Numbered from the stretch's first letter, positions 7,200-17,651 are shown. The stretch is DNA of 50,704 bases from Candidatus Omnitrophota bacterium (GCA_030693145.1 JAUYBI010000021.1:1-50704); one strand, 5' to 3'. A program made the numbers and translations. The notes: generated by a model not told the origin, from the sequence alone.

Positions 7200-9620
7200 A
7201 TGTTTAATCGTTTTACGGAGAGGGCAAGAAAAGTAATTATTTTAGCTAAAGAAGAGGCCAGGCGTTTTAATCATGATTATATCGGCACTGAGCATATACT
7301 TTTGGGGTTAATTCGAGAAGGAGAAGGAGTGGCGGCCGCGGTATTACAGAAGTTGGAGGTTTCACTTGAAAATATTAGATTGGAGATTGAAAAATTAGTA
7401 CAGCCAGGGCCGGCTACTCAGATTATCGGGGATATTCCTTTTACCCCTCGTGCCAAAAAAGCTTTAGAGTTGGCGGCGGAGGAAGCGCGTTCCTTGGGGC
7501 ATAATTATATCGGTACGGAGCATCTTTTGCTTGGGCTTATTCGCGAAGGGGAAGGCATTGCTTCGCAGGTGTTGTTAAATTTAGGTATGGATCTAAATTC
7601 TGTGCGTAATGAGGTGATGAGCCTTTTGGGTTCGGCTTTGCCGGGGATGAGTTCGCCAGGAGCGCAAACAGCAAAATCTAAGACTCCGGCTTTGGATGCT
7701 TTTGGCAGGGATCTTACGGCGTTGGCACGTGAAAATAAATTGGATCCGGTAATTGATCGCACGCAGGAGATTGAACGGGTGATCCAGATTCTAAGCCGGC
7801 GCACTAAAAATAATCCGGTGCTTTTAGGAGAAGCCGGAGTAGGTAAAACTGCGATTGTGGAAGGCCTGGCGCAGCTAATCATCGCCGGCAATATTCCGGA
7901 AGTTTTAAGGGGGAAACGCATTGTGGTTTTAGATTTAGCCTTGATGGTTGCCGGGACTAAATACCGCGGCCAGTTTGAGGAAAGAATTAAAGCGATTATG
8001 GAGGAAATTAAACGTTCTCAGGATGTAATTATTTTTATTGATGAGTTACATACCTTAGTCGGCGCGGGTGCTGCCGAAGGCGCCATTGATGCTTCTAATA
8101 TTATGAAACCCGCGCTCTCCCGGGGGGAGATGCAATGCATTGGGGCGACGACTATCAATGAGTATCGTAAATATATCGAAAAGGACGCGGCTTTAGAGCG
8201 GCGTTTTCAGACGATTATGGTGGAACCGCCTAACATAGAGCAGACGATTAAGATTTTAAAAGGCTTGCGCGATAGATACGAAGCGCATCACCGGGTTACT
8301 TTTAAAGATGAAGCGTTAGAGGCGGCGGCAGTGTTAAGCGACCGTTATATTACCGGAAGGTTTATGCCGGATAAAGCGATTGATTTAATTGATGAAGCCG
8401 GTTCCCGGAGCCGTTTAAATGTTCTGATTGTTCCGGAAAATATCAAGAGTATCGAAGTTAATGTTGAGTCTTTAAGAAAAGAAAAAGAAGCTTATATTAA
8501 GAGTCAGGATTTTGAAAAAGCCGCTTCTTTAAGGGATCAGGAGCGTACAATACGTCAGGAGCTAGAACGGTTAAATAAAGAGTGGGGCCAGGCCAAAGAT
8601 AAAATGCGCCCGGAGGTAACCGCTGAGGATATTGCTAAAATTTTAGCGCAGTGGACGGGGATTCCTGTTTTTAGATTAGAAGAAAAAGAAAGTGAGAAGC
8701 TGCTTAAGATTGAAGACCAGTTGCATAAGCGCGTGATAGGGCAGAATGAAGCGATTGAAGCGATTGCCCACGCGGTAAGGCGGTCGCGGGCCGGGATTAA
8801 AGATCCTAAGCGGCCAATTGGTTCATTTATATTTTTGGGCCCAACCGGTGTTGGCAAAACCCTGCTCGCCCGGGCATTGGCGGAGTTTATGTTCGGCGAC
8901 GAGGAGGCATTGTTGCAGCTGGATATGTCAGAGTATATGGAGAAGTTTAATGTTTCGCGGCTGATTGGCGCTCCTCCGGGATATGTGGGATATGAGGAGG
9001 GCGGCCAGCTTACCGAGCGCGTACGCCGCAGGCCTTATGCGGTTATACTCCTGGATGAGATTGAAAAAGCGCACCCGGATGTTTTTAATTTACTACTGCA
9101 GGTCTTTGAAGAAGGCCGGCTTACCGATAGCTTTGGCCGCAAGGTGAGCTTTAAGAATACGATTATTATTATGACCTCTAATGTCGGCGCAGAATTGATC
9201 CGCAAGACCGGTTCACTGGGTTTTAAGTCGCAGAAAGAAGAGGGTACTTATCAGGATATGAAAGATAAACTCCTGGAAGCAGTTAAACATGCCTTTAAAC
9301 CGGAGTTTTTAAATCGTATCGATGATATTATTGTTTTCAGGCAATTAATTAGGGAGGATTTGACAAAAATCATTGATATTGAAATTGGTTATGTGATCGG
9401 CCGCCTGAAGGAACAAAAGATCATTCTGGAGGTTAGCCAGGAGGCCAAGGAGCTTTTGATTGAAAAGGGATTTGATCCGGTTTTTGGCGCCCGGCCCTTA
9501 AAAAGAACGATCCAGAGATTCATGGAAGATTCACTGGCCAATGAAATTATTTCCAAGAAATATAAGGAAGGCTCTTTGATTAAAGTAACGCGTAAGAACG
9601 AAGAGCTTGTTTTCGAATAA
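7200..9620 (+). CDS. clpC: ATP-dependent Clp protease ATP-binding subunit ClpC (class III stress AAA+)
   Basis: Two Clp_N repeats, a UVR-like middle domain, two Walker A sites ([16 protein letters not shown]); start at the ATG at 7200 behind AGGAGG, since the track start at 7098 reads through the repeats. Confidence 0.95.
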   Translation: MFNRFTERARKVIILAKEEARRFNHDYIGTEHILLGLIREGEGVAAAVLQKLEVSLENIRLEIEKLVQPGPATQIIGDIPFTPRAKKALELAAEEARSLGHNYIGTEHLLLGLIREGEGIASQVLLNLGMDLNSVRNEVMSLLGSALPGMSSPGAQTAKSKTPALDAFGRDLTALARENKLDPVIDRTQEIERVIQILSRRTKNNPVLLGEAGVGKTAIVEGLAQLIIAGNIPEVLRGKRIVVLDLALMVAGTKYRGQFEERIKAIMEEIKRSQDVIIFIDELHTLVGAGAAEGAIDASNIMKPALSRGEMQCIGATTINEYRKYIEKDAALERRFQTIMVEPPNIEQTIKILKGLRDRYEAHHRVTFKDEALEAAAVLSDRYITGRFMPDKAIDLIDEAGSRSRLNVLIVPENIKSIEVNVESLRKEKEAYIKSQDFEKAASLRDQERTIRQELERLNKEWGQAKDKMRPEVTAEDIAKILAQWTGIPVFRLEEKESEKLLKIEDQLHKRVIGQNEAIEAIAHAVRRSRAGIKDPKRPIGSFIFLGPTGVGKTLLARALAEFMFGDEEALLQLDMSEYMEKFNVSRLIGAPPGYVGYEEGGQLTERVRRRPYAVILLDEIEKAHPDVFNLLLQVFEEGRLTDSFGRKVSFKNTIIIMTSNVGAELIRKTGSLGFKSQKEEGTYQDMKDKLLEAVKHAFKPEFLNRIDDIIVFRQLIREDLTKIIDIEIGYVIGRLKEQKIILEVSQEAKELLIEKGFDPVFGARPLKRTIQRFMEDSLANEIISKKYKEGSLIKVTRKNEELVFE

Positions 9621-10405
9621 TGTTTACTTTATTTTTTATAGACCTGGGCCGCAAGATACTTTCTTTTATGTATTTTTTCGGCGGTTTAACCAATTTAACG
9701 GTACAGACTGTCTATCAGACATTTAAGCCGCCCTATAAATACGGCCATATCCTCGAGCAATCCGGGAAAGCCGGTTCTGACAGCCTGCCGATTGTTTCGG
9801 TGGTGGCTTTGTTCATTGGTTTTATTTTTGCGCTGCAGTTTGGTTATTTTATGCAGCGCATCGGCTCGGAGATGTACATCGCCAGTTTAGTAGCTTTAGC
9901 CATCGTGCGGGAATTAGGCCCGGTAATTACTGCTTTGATCGTTGCCGGAAGAGTCGGGGCGGCCAATACCGCGGAGTTAGGCTCGATGCAGGTTACCGAG
10001 CAGATTGATGCTTTGGAAACCTTGGCTACTAATCCCATAAAATATTTAGTGGTGCCGCGTTTCGTCGCTCTCAGTATTATGCTTCCTTTGCTTACATTAT
10101 ATGCCAATATTATCGGCATCATCGGCAGTTATCTTATCTGTGTAGTAAAATTGGGGATTACCAGTAATATGTACATGAATATGACTTTTTCTGCCCTGTT
10201 TTATAAAGATTTATTCACGGGATTATTTAAAGCCTGGATTTTTGGCATGGTGATCGCCTTAGTCAGCTGCTATGAAGGTTTTAATGTCGAAGGCGGAGCA
10301 GTGGGGGTAGGCCGGGCCACTACGCGTTCAGTAGTCTTTAGCTTTTTGATGATTATTGCCGCGGATTGTTTATTTACCGCCCTGTTTTATTTTATTTTTC
10401 CTTAA
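9620..10405 (+). CDS. mlaE: MlaE-family ABC permease
   Basis: 261 aa polytopic protein with MlaE/Ttg2B-like sequence; followed by an ATPase and an MCE protein. Confidence 0.8.
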   Translation: MFTLFFIDLGRKILSFMYFFGGLTNLTVQTVYQTFKPPYKYGHILEQSGKAGSDSLPIVSVVALFIGFIFALQFGYFMQRIGSEMYIASLVALAIVRELGPVITALIVAGRVGAANTAELGSMQVTEQIDALETLATNPIKYLVVPRFVALSIMLPLLTLYANIIGIIGSYLICVVKLGITSNMYMNMTFSALFYKDLFTGLFKAWIFGMVIALVSCYEGFNVEGGAVGVGRATTRSVVFSFLMIIAADCLFTALFYFIFP

Positions 10406-10409
10406 AAAC

Positions 10410-11171
10410 ATGATTGAGATACAGCGTTTAAGTAAAAAATTTAATAATAACTTAGTTTTGGATGAATTAAGTTTAAACGTGCAAACCGGGCAAACCTGCG
10501 TAATTATCGGCAGGAGCGGCTGCGGGAAATCGGTTTTACTTAAACATATCGTCGGTTTATTAAGGCCGGATAGCGGCCGGGTCTTAGTTGAGTCTAAAGA
10601 AGTAGCCGGTTTAAAAGAATTAGAATTAGTTGCTTTGCGCGCAAAAATCAGCATGGTTTTCCAGGGAGGCGCTCTTTTTGATTCGATGGATGTGAGTGAA
10701 AATGTGGGTTTTAGCCTGCTGGAGCATACCCGGATGAGCCAAACAGAGATCTTAGGGCGCGTAGAGGAGTCTTTATCTTTAGTCGGCTTGAGCGGTATTG
10801 GTAATCTTATGCCGTCAGAATTAAGCGGAGGGATGAAGAAACGCGTGGCTTTAGCCCGGGCAATTTGCATAAAACCTGAGATTATTCTTTATGATGAACC
10901 GACTACGGGAGTGGACCCGATCACCGGCGATAGTATTAATGAACTGATCCGTTCATTGCACGATAAATTGAAAGTTACCTCTTTGGTGGTTACTCATGAT
11001 ATGAAAAGCGCCTATCACATTGCCGATAAGATCGCGATGTTGTATAAAGGAAGAATAATTCTAGAGGGTACTCCTAAACAGATCCAGGAGACGAGGGATC
11101 CGGTAGTCCACCAGTTTATTAATGGACTTTCTAAAGGGCCGATAACCGAAGCAATGGATAATTTTAAATAA
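10410..11171 (+). CDS. mlaF: MlaF-family ABC ATPase
   Basis: GRSGCGKS, LSGGMKKR, ILYDEPT; start at the ATG at 10410 (MIEIQRL). Confidence 0.85.
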   Translation: MIEIQRLSKKFNNNLVLDELSLNVQTGQTCVIIGRSGCGKSVLLKHIVGLLRPDSGRVLVESKEVAGLKELELVALRAKISMVFQGGALFDSMDVSENVGFSLLEHTRMSQTEILGRVEESLSLVGLSGIGNLMPSELSGGMKKRVALARAICIKPEIILYDEPTTGVDPITGDSINELIRSLHDKLKVTSLVVTHDMKSAYHIADKIAMLYKGRIILEGTPKQIQETRDPVVHQFINGLSKGPITEAMDNFK

Positions 11172-11183
11172 ACGGAGGTTTAA

Positions 11184-11798
11184 ATGATTTTCGGTAAAAC
11201 TAAATTAGAGTTAAAAGTAGGAATTTTTGTTTTTATCGGTTTAACCATTTTAGTTATTTTTATATTATCGATTGGCGGATTTAAGACTTGGAGTTCAGGT
11301 TATCGGATTAATCTTAACTTTAATTTTGTCAACGGAGTAAAGATCGGGGCGCCGGTGCGTTTTGCCGGATTGGATGTGGGAGAGGTAAAAAAAATTGGTT
11401 TGCAGTTTATACCTCAGGAAAATCGTTCGATTGTGCGCCTGGAGGCCTGGGTCAGGGATATTGTTCGCGTCCCTGCTGATTCCACGGTTTGGGTGAATAC
11501 TCTGGGCCTGCTGGGTGAGAAATACGTAGAGATTATCCCGGGAAAGGATTACGCTAATTTTCTTAAAGATAATCAATCTTTGATTGGAATTGATCCTTTG
11601 CCGATACATGAGATATTTAACCGGGCCGAAAGTATCTTACGTAATTTAGATGACGGGATTATGAAGATCAGGGATAAAGAGGGTTCTTTAGGCAAGCTGC
11701 TTTATGATGACGCGGTTTATAATGAACTGGAAGCCCTGCTTACCGATGTGCGCAAGAATCCTTGGAAGTTACTGATTAAAACTAAAGAAAAGAAATAA
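11184..11798 (+). CDS. mlaD: MlaD-like MCE-domain protein
   Basis: N-terminal TM followed by an MCE fold (GAPVRFAGLDVGEV). Confidence 0.8.
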   Translation: MIFGKTKLELKVGIFVFIGLTILVIFILSIGGFKTWSSGYRINLNFNFVNGVKIGAPVRFAGLDVGEVKKIGLQFIPQENRSIVRLEAWVRDIVRVPADSTVWVNTLGLLGEKYVEIIPGKDYANFLKDNQSLIGIDPLPIHEIFNRAESILRNLDDGIMKIRDKEGSLGKLLYDDAVYNELEALLTDVRKNPWKLLIKTKEKK

Positions 11799-13180
11799 TG
11801 AAGACCAGGTCGGTTTTTAGCTGCTCAAGCTGTGGTTATCAGTCCCCTAAATGGTTAGGCCGGTGCCCGGACTGTAACAGTTGGAACTCTTTTAATGAAG
11901 AGGATTATACTCCTGTTTCCTCCGGCGCCAAAGAGAGGGTTAGTTTATATAAAGACGGCCCGGTTCTCCTGAAGGATGTAGTGGCTAGGGATGAGGATAG
12001 GTTAAAAACCAATATTCTGGAGTTGGATCGGGTTTTAGGCGGGGGGATTGTTAAGGGGTCAGTGATTTTAATCGGCGGCGATCCCGGGGTGGGAAAATCT
12101 ACGATCTCTTTGCAGGTCTCCAATCATTTAACTCAGCAGGGAATCCGCGTGCTTTATGTCAGCGGCGAAGAATCCGTGGCCCAAACTAAGTTACGCGCGA
12201 AACGCTTAGGTGAGTCAGGATCAGGCGATCTGTATATCGTTAACCAGACAGACTTATCTTTAATTATTGAATATATAAAAAAATTAAAGCCTCAGGTAGT
12301 AGTGATTGATTCCATTCAGGTTATTTTTGATCCCGGGATTAGTTCTTCTCCCGGCAGTGTCAGCCAGGTAAGGGAATGCGCCGGAGCGCTTACACAGTTA
12401 GCTAAAACTACCGGGACTTCAATTTTTATCATCGGTCATGTTACTAAGGAAGGGGCCTTGGCTGGCCCGCGCGTTTTAGAGCATATTGTGGATACGGTGC
12501 TGTATTTTGAAGGTGATCGTTTCGCGATCTATAGAATATTACGGGCAGTGAAAAACAGGTTTGGTTCAACCAATGAAATCGGGGTATTTGAAATGGCGGC
12601 GATAGGTTTAGTGGAAGTAAAGAATCCTTCCGAGATTTTTCTTGCTGAGCGGCCCAGTAATGTTTCCGGCACCATCGTCACTTCAATTCTGGAAGGCTCG
12701 CGGCCTCTCTTGGTAGAGATCCAATCGCTGGTCTCCAGGAGCAGCTTTGGTTATGCCCGGCGCCGGGCACAGGGTTTTGATTTTAACCGGCTTTCTTTAT
12801 TGGTGGCGGTTTTAGAGAAACGCATGGGCCTGGCTCTGGAAGCTGAAGATATATTTATTAATGTTGCCGGAGGCATAAAAATAGAAGACCCGGCAGCGGA
12901 TTTAGCGGTATGCGCGGTGATTGCCTCTAGCTTCCGTGATCAGGAAGTGATACCTCGATCGGTAGTTTTAGGAGAAGTAGGTTTAAGCGGTGAAATCAGA
13001 AGTATCTCCCAGGTGCTCACGCGCGTAAATGAAGCAGAGAAGTTAGGTTTCAAGCAGTGCATCTTACCAAAAAACAGCATCAAGAATCTTAAATTCAAAA
13101 AATCAGAGATGGAGATTATTGCTGTTTCTACTTTGAAGGAAGCTCTGGATATCATCTTGGGTTCGGCAGTTAAGCAGTAG
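11798..13180 (+). CDS. radA: DNA repair protein RadA/Sms
   Basis: N-terminal zinc finger CSSCGY..CPDC, Walker A GDPGVGKST, KNRFG motif, Lon-like C-terminus. Confidence 0.95.
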   Translation: MKTRSVFSCSSCGYQSPKWLGRCPDCNSWNSFNEEDYTPVSSGAKERVSLYKDGPVLLKDVVARDEDRLKTNILELDRVLGGGIVKGSVILIGGDPGVGKSTISLQVSNHLTQQGIRVLYVSGEESVAQTKLRAKRLGESGSGDLYIVNQTDLSLIIEYIKKLKPQVVVIDSIQVIFDPGISSSPGSVSQVRECAGALTQLAKTTGTSIFIIGHVTKEGALAGPRVLEHIVDTVLYFEGDRFAIYRILRAVKNRFGSTNEIGVFEMAAIGLVEVKNPSEIFLAERPSNVSGTIVTSILEGSRPLLVEIQSLVSRSSFGYARRRAQGFDFNRLSLLVAVLEKRMGLALEAEDIFINVAGGIKIEDPAADLAVCAVIASSFRDQEVIPRSVVLGEVGLSGEIRSISQVLTRVNEAEKLGFKQCILPKNSIKNLKFKKSEMEIIAVSTLKEALDIILGSAVKQ

Positions 13181-13268
13181 ATGATCTGTTGATTTTCCCC
13201 CTCGCGGGAGCTCGGGGTCATATTTCCCCAAACCGCCGGAGGCTGGGGAAAAATGAGGAGGCAGGAAA

Positions 13269-14249
13269 ATGAATTTATTATTAGCGCGGCTTTTATTTAT
13301 CTTAGGAAGCATGTTTATCGGTTACCAGACGGCGCTGTCGGGAGGCAGTGGTTTTATCGGCATATCTGTGGGAGCCCTGGCAGCGATAATTATGATTCTT
13401 CTCGAGGCGGGTTTACGTAAAGTTTCGGTAAGCGGCTTATCCAGCGCGGTATTTGGATTAATCTTAGGGTTGATTATGGCTAAGCTGGTGGGCGATGCTT
13501 TTAGCCTTGCTCCTGTGGATGCCAATATGCTTTCCAGGATCAGGGGAGGGTTAACTCTGATTTTTTGCTATCTGGGCATGGTGATGGCTTTACGCGGGAA
13601 AGACGAATTCAATATTATTATTCCTTATGTGCGCCTGCGCCGGCAGGACCAGTCGCAGGATGTAGTGCTTTTAGATACCAGCGTAATTATTGACGGCAGG
13701 ATTGTGGATCTTTGTAAAACCCGTTTTTTAGGCGGAAAAATTATTATTCCAAAATTTGTGCTCAGGGAATTGCAGCAGATTGCTGATTCCACTGATCCGA
13801 TTAAACGCCAAAGAGGCAGGCGGGGTTTAGAGATACTGAATACTATCCAAAATGAACCGGGGATGGATATTACGATACATGAACAGGATTTTACCGAGAC
13901 CACGGAGGTTGACGCGAAATTAGTTTTGTTAGCCAAGTTGCTGGAAGCAAAAATTCTTACGGTTGATTTTAATTTAAACCGGGTAGCTAGTATCCAGGGG
14001 ATCAAGGTCTTAAATATCAATGAATTGGCTAATGCCCTTAAGCCGGTGGTTTTTCCCGGAGAAGAGATGCATCTCAAGCTGATTAAGGAGGGTAAGGAGC
14101 ATAATCAAGCGGTGGGTTATCTGGATGACGGCACGATGGTGGTGGTTGAAGACGCGCGCCGGTTGATCGGCCAGGATGTTAAAGTCACGGTGACTAGCGT
14201 CCTGCAGACCCAGGCCGGCAGAATGATTTTTACCAAAGTTGAGAAATAA
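13269..14249 (+). CDS. yacL: YacL-like membrane protein with PIN and TRAM domains
   Basis: N-terminal TM helices, PIN core ([12 protein letters not shown]), C-terminal TRAM-like beta domain; same position as Bacillus yacL. Confidence 0.8.
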   Translation: MNLLLARLLFILGSMFIGYQTALSGGSGFIGISVGALAAIIMILLEAGLRKVSVSGLSSAVFGLILGLIMAKLVGDAFSLAPVDANMLSRIRGGLTLIFCYLGMVMALRGKDEFNIIIPYVRLRRQDQSQDVVLLDTSVIIDGRIVDLCKTRFLGGKIIIPKFVLRELQQIADSTDPIKRQRGRRGLEILNTIQNEPGMDITIHEQDFTETTEVDAKLVLLAKLLEAKILTVDFNLNRVASIQGIKVLNINELANALKPVVFPGEEMHLKLIKEGKEHNQAVGYLDDGTMVVVEDARRLIGQDVKVTVTSVLQTQAGRMIFTKVEK

Positions 14250-14935
14250 TGCTTAGCGCGATTATTCTGGCCGCAGGGCAGGGTAAGCGGTTGGGTGCGG
14301 CGGTACTTAAGCCTTTAGTAAAAATAGCTAAATTGCCGGCAATAATTTATTCTTTGAACACCCTGGATAAACATCCCCAGATTGATGAGATTATTGTGGT
14401 GGTAAACGCCAAGAATCAACAGGCGATAAAGCGGTTAATCAGGAAGTATTCTTTTAAGAAAATTAAGCGTTTTGTTTTAGGCGGCAGGCGGCGGCAGGAT
14501 TCCGTGTATAACGGCCTTAAAATGGCCAGTGGGAATAGCGATTGGGCGTTGATTCATGATTCTGCCCGGCCATTTATCGATGGGGAAACTATCGCTAAAG
14601 TTATTCTGGCGGCGAAAAAAACCGGTTCAGCCATCGTGGCAGTGAAACCCAAGGCAACGATAAAATTTTCCCAAAAAAATAATATCGTCAAGGAAACTTT
14701 AGATAGAGACAATCTTTGGGAGATTCAGACTCCGCAGGTTTTTAGAAAAGAATTGCTTCTGCAAGCGTATAAAAAATACGGCAAAGAAAAAGTTACTGAT
14801 GATGCTTCTTTGGTTGAAAAATTAGGAGAGGATGTTTTAATTGTCCAGGGAAGTTATCAGAATATTAAAATTACTACCGGCGAAGATTTACTATTTGCCG
14901 GGTTAATCGCCAAGAGGCGCAGGCATGCAGTATAG
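14249..14935 (+). CDS. ispD: 2-C-methyl-D-erythritol 4-phosphate cytidylyltransferase
   Basis: AIILAAGQGKRLG motif; 228 aa. Confidence 0.9.
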   Translation: MLSAIILAAGQGKRLGAAVLKPLVKIAKLPAIIYSLNTLDKHPQIDEIIVVVNAKNQQAIKRLIRKYSFKKIKRFVLGGRRRQDSVYNGLKMASGNSDWALIHDSARPFIDGETIAKVILAAKKTGSAIVAVKPKATIKFSQKNNIVKETLDRDNLWEIQTPQVFRKELLLQAYKKYGKEKVTDDASLVEKLGEDVLIVQGSYQNIKITTGEDLLFAGLIAKRRRHAV

Positions 14936-15407
14936 GGTTGGTATGGGTTATGATATCCACCGTTTGGTTGAAGGGAGAAAACTGTTTTTAGGTGCCGTAG
15001 AAATTCCTTATACTCAAGGGCTCCTGGGGCATTCTGACGGGGATGCGCTGATCCATGCGCTTTGCGATGCCTTACTGGGAGCTTTAGCACTGGGTGATAT
15101 CGGAGAGCATTTTCCGGATACAGATCCTAAATATCAGGGCATTGCCGGCAGCCGCCTGTTGGCAATAGTTAAAGAGCTTGTAGATAAGAGCGGTTATAAA
15201 ATCAATAACCTGGATGTGATTATTATTGCTCAAGAGCCGAAACTTATCCCTTTTAAGATACAGATGAAAGAAAAGATTTGCTCGCTTCTAGGTATTGGCC
15301 AGGATATTTTAAACATCAAGGCAAAAACTAATGAAGGATTGGATGCCGTGGGGCAGCGGGAAGCAATTGCTTGTTATGCGACAGCTTCTTTAATTAAGGG
15401 AGAGTAA
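14925..15407 (+). CDS. ispF: 2-C-methyl-D-erythritol 2,4-cyclodiphosphate synthase
   Basis: [25 protein letters not shown] motifs. Confidence 0.95.
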   Translation: MQYRVGMGYDIHRLVEGRKLFLGAVEIPYTQGLLGHSDGDALIHALCDALLGALALGDIGEHFPDTDPKYQGIAGSRLLAIVKELVDKSGYKINNLDVIIIAQEPKLIPFKIQMKEKICSLLGIGQDILNIKAKTNEGLDAVGQREAIACYATASLIKGE

Positions 15408-15408
15408 T

Positions 15409-16089
15409 ATGGATTATTTGATTAGTATCTTAATTATATTATTAGCAATTTTTGTGATTAAGCTGGTGCTTATTTGGGTAATTTTTTATGCCGACGTCAG
15501 GGCGGCGCAAAAAAGAGATCCGGCGGCCAAGAGTTTCTTAGAGGTAATTTTACTTTATCCCGGGCTGCACGCTTTAATTTATCACCGGATTGCGCATTTT
15601 TTTTACAGGTTAAAGTTATTTTTTCTGGCACGGGCTTTATCGCAGATTGCCAGATTCTTTACTGGTATTGAGATCCATCCCGGCGCGATTATCGGCAAGC
15701 GGTTTTTTATTGACCATGGCTTAGGGGTGGTCATCGGAGAAACTGCCATTGTCGGAGATGATGTCCTGCTTTATCAGGGCGCAACCTTGGGCGGTACCGG
15801 GATTGTCCAGGGAAAGCGCCATCCTACTGTCGGCAATAATGTGGTCATCGGCGCCGGAGCCAAGGTCCTGGGTAATATTGTTATCGGAGATAATGCTTAT
15901 ATCGGAGCAAATGCGGTAGTGATTAAAGATGTCCCGCCGAATTCTACGGTGATCGGTGTTCCCGGCAGGATTACCAAGCAGGATGGTAAGAAAATGGACA
16001 TTAGCCTGGATCATGCCCGGATTCTGGATCCGATTATGCAGGCCATTGAAGAGCTGCAGGACAGAGTTAAGAATCTAGAAAAGAAGTAA
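15409..16089 (+). CDS. cysE: Serine O-acetyltransferase (hexapeptide repeat) with an unusually hydrophobic N-terminal ~27 aa
   Basis: [31 protein letters not shown] hexapeptide core. Confidence 0.85.
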   Translation: MDYLISILIILLAIFVIKLVLIWVIFYADVRAAQKRDPAAKSFLEVILLYPGLHALIYHRIAHFFYRLKLFFLARALSQIARFFTGIEIHPGAIIGKRFFIDHGLGVVIGETAIVGDDVLLYQGATLGGTGIVQGKRHPTVGNNVVIGAGAKVLGNIVIGDNAYIGANAVVIKDVPPNSTVIGVPGRITKQDGKKMDISLDHARILDPIMQAIEELQDRVKNLEKK

Positions 16090-16100
16090 GGTGCTTTTTC

Positions 16101-17546
16101 ATGCCTATTTTTATATATAACTCCCTTTCCAGAAAAAAAGAAGAACTTCTCCCCTTAAAGCCGAAAGAGATCAAGATGTACGCCTGCGGCCCTACGGTTT
16201 ATGATCAACCGCATATTGGGCATGCCCGGAGTGCTTATATATTTGATGTGATCAGAAGGTATTTAACCTACAGGGGGTATAAAGTTAAATTTGTCAGAAA
16301 TGTGACTGATGTCGATGATAAAATTATCGATAAAGCGCGAAAGGAATTTCAGGGCGAAGATTTAAACATCGCAGTTGGAAAAGTTTCTACCAAGTATCTT
16401 GATTTTTACCATGAAGATATGAAAAGCTTGGGCATTCTTGAACCGGATGTTGAACCTAAGGCAACCGAATATGTCAGCCAAGAGAATCCTTTAATGCAGA
16501 AATTTATAGAGCAGCTTATTAAGAATGGTTGCGCTTATGTTTCTGAGGGAGACGTGTATTTTGATATTAGAAAAGCAAAGGATTATGGAAAATTATCTAA
16601 ACAGGTGATAGAAAAAATGGAATTAGGAGCAAGAATTGCTCTTGGTGAAAAAAAGAAAGACCCGCTTGATTTTGCTTTATGGAAATCCGCTAAAGCCGGA
16701 GAGCCTGCCTGGGATAGCCCCTGGGGACGCGGCAGGCCGGGTTGGCATATTGAGTGTTCGGTAATGAGCTCGGATATCTTAGGAGATGAATTCGATATTC
16801 ACGGCGGCGGAATTGATCTTATTTTTCCACATCACGAGAATGAGCTTGCCCAATCTGAAGCCGCCGGTAAAAAATTTGCCCATTACTGGATGCATCATGG
16901 TTTGCTGACGATTAATAGCCAAAAAATGTCGAAGTCTTTAGGGAATTTTATAACCATTAAGGATTTTATTGCTAAGTATCACAATTCCGAGCTGCTTAAG
17001 TTTTTCTTCTTGTTCGCGCACTATGCACATCCGGTTGATTATACTGATGAGAAAATCCAGGAGGCAAAGCAGGCGCTGGAGAGAATAGCGATATTAAAAG
17101 GCAAAATGGACAGAAGCGTTCCTCTAAATGATAAACAGTCAATTTTAAAGCAGTTTGATGAGATAGATAATATTAGAAATAAATTTATTGAAGTTATGGA
17201 TGATGATTTTAATACGCCCCAAGCGTTGGCAAGTATATTTGATTTGGTAACATTAATAAATGAGCATATTAATGATGCGGATTTTATTAAGAGTGGAAGA
17301 AAAGTATTGAGTGAGTCATTAGATATTTTAGGGATATCTTTTGAAAACATCCTTAGAATATTTAAGATGACATTTCTTGATGAGGTTTCTTTAAAGGAAG
17401 AAGTTGAAATAGAAATTGAAAAAAGAAGGGAAGCACGTAAAAATAAAGATTTTGCTTTATCCGATAAAATAAGAAAAGAATTAGAAGCCAAAGGTATTAT
17501 TTTAGAAGATTCCAAAGACGTTACAACTTGGCGTAAAAAGTTATAG
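16101..17546 (+). CDS. cysS: Cysteinyl-tRNA synthetase
   Basis: HIGH (PHIGHARS) and KMSKS motifs; 481 aa. Confidence 0.95.
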   Translation: MPIFIYNSLSRKKEELLPLKPKEIKMYACGPTVYDQPHIGHARSAYIFDVIRRYLTYRGYKVKFVRNVTDVDDKIIDKARKEFQGEDLNIAVGKVSTKYLDFYHEDMKSLGILEPDVEPKATEYVSQENPLMQKFIEQLIKNGCAYVSEGDVYFDIRKAKDYGKLSKQVIEKMELGARIALGEKKKDPLDFALWKSAKAGEPAWDSPWGRGRPGWHIECSVMSSDILGDEFDIHGGGIDLIFPHHENELAQSEAAGKKFAHYWMHHGLLTINSQKMSKSLGNFITIKDFIAKYHNSELLKFFFLFAHYAHPVDYTDEKIQEAKQALERIAILKGKMDRSVPLNDKQSILKQFDEIDNIRNKFIEVMDDDFNTPQALASIFDLVTLINEHINDADFIKSGRKVLSESLDILGISFENILRIFKMTFLDEVSLKEEVEIEIEKRREARKNKDFALSDKIRKELEAKGIILEDSKDVTTWRKKL

Positions 17547-17623
17547 CGGGTGACACGGAGGCGGGTCTCCTACCGCGCGCAACGTAAGTGAGCACGGTAG
17601 GGTGCCGCAGTGGCAGAACCCGC
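17546..17623 (+). other. GC-rich structured element with nested stems (GCGGGT/ACCCGC, CCTACCG/CGGTAGG, TGCC/GGCA); identity unknown
   Basis: Complementary segments read directly; starts at the cysS stop codon; no U-tract. Confidence 0.35.
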
Positions 17624-17651
17624 TAAGTAAGGAATAAGTTCATGGAGATAA

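Noticed and set aside
7505-7921. Antisense ORFs inside well-supported genes (for example 7505-7921, 10370-10870, 13625-14077, 17039-17515, 37727-38170, all on the minus strand)
   Set aside because: These are shadow ORFs opposite strongly recognisable genes. They have low-complexity or odd composition and no SD, so they are not reported as CDS.
13181-13268. Small hairpin TTCCCCA..CTGGGGAA and repeated TTTCCCC in the radA-yacL spacer
   Set aside because: It is short, has no second copy found in the window and is compatible with a trivial terminator or SD region. That is not enough for a separate claim.
16101-17546. The 3' third of cysS looks more AT-rich than neighbouring genes, so it might be foreign
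   Set aside because: The protein is full-length with intact HIGH/KMSKS motifs and an anticodon-binding domain. The impression is unquantified and could reflect Lys/Glu/Ile-rich helices.
17590-17630. RNase P RNA 3' end (GGCAGAACCCGCTAAG resembles the conserved ACAGAACCCGGCTTA)
   Set aside because: Only this short stretch is similar. The universally conserved GAGGAAAGTCC region and the remaining ~300 nt are absent, and cysS coding sequence occupies the upstream space. It could at most be a duplicated fragment, which cannot be shown here.
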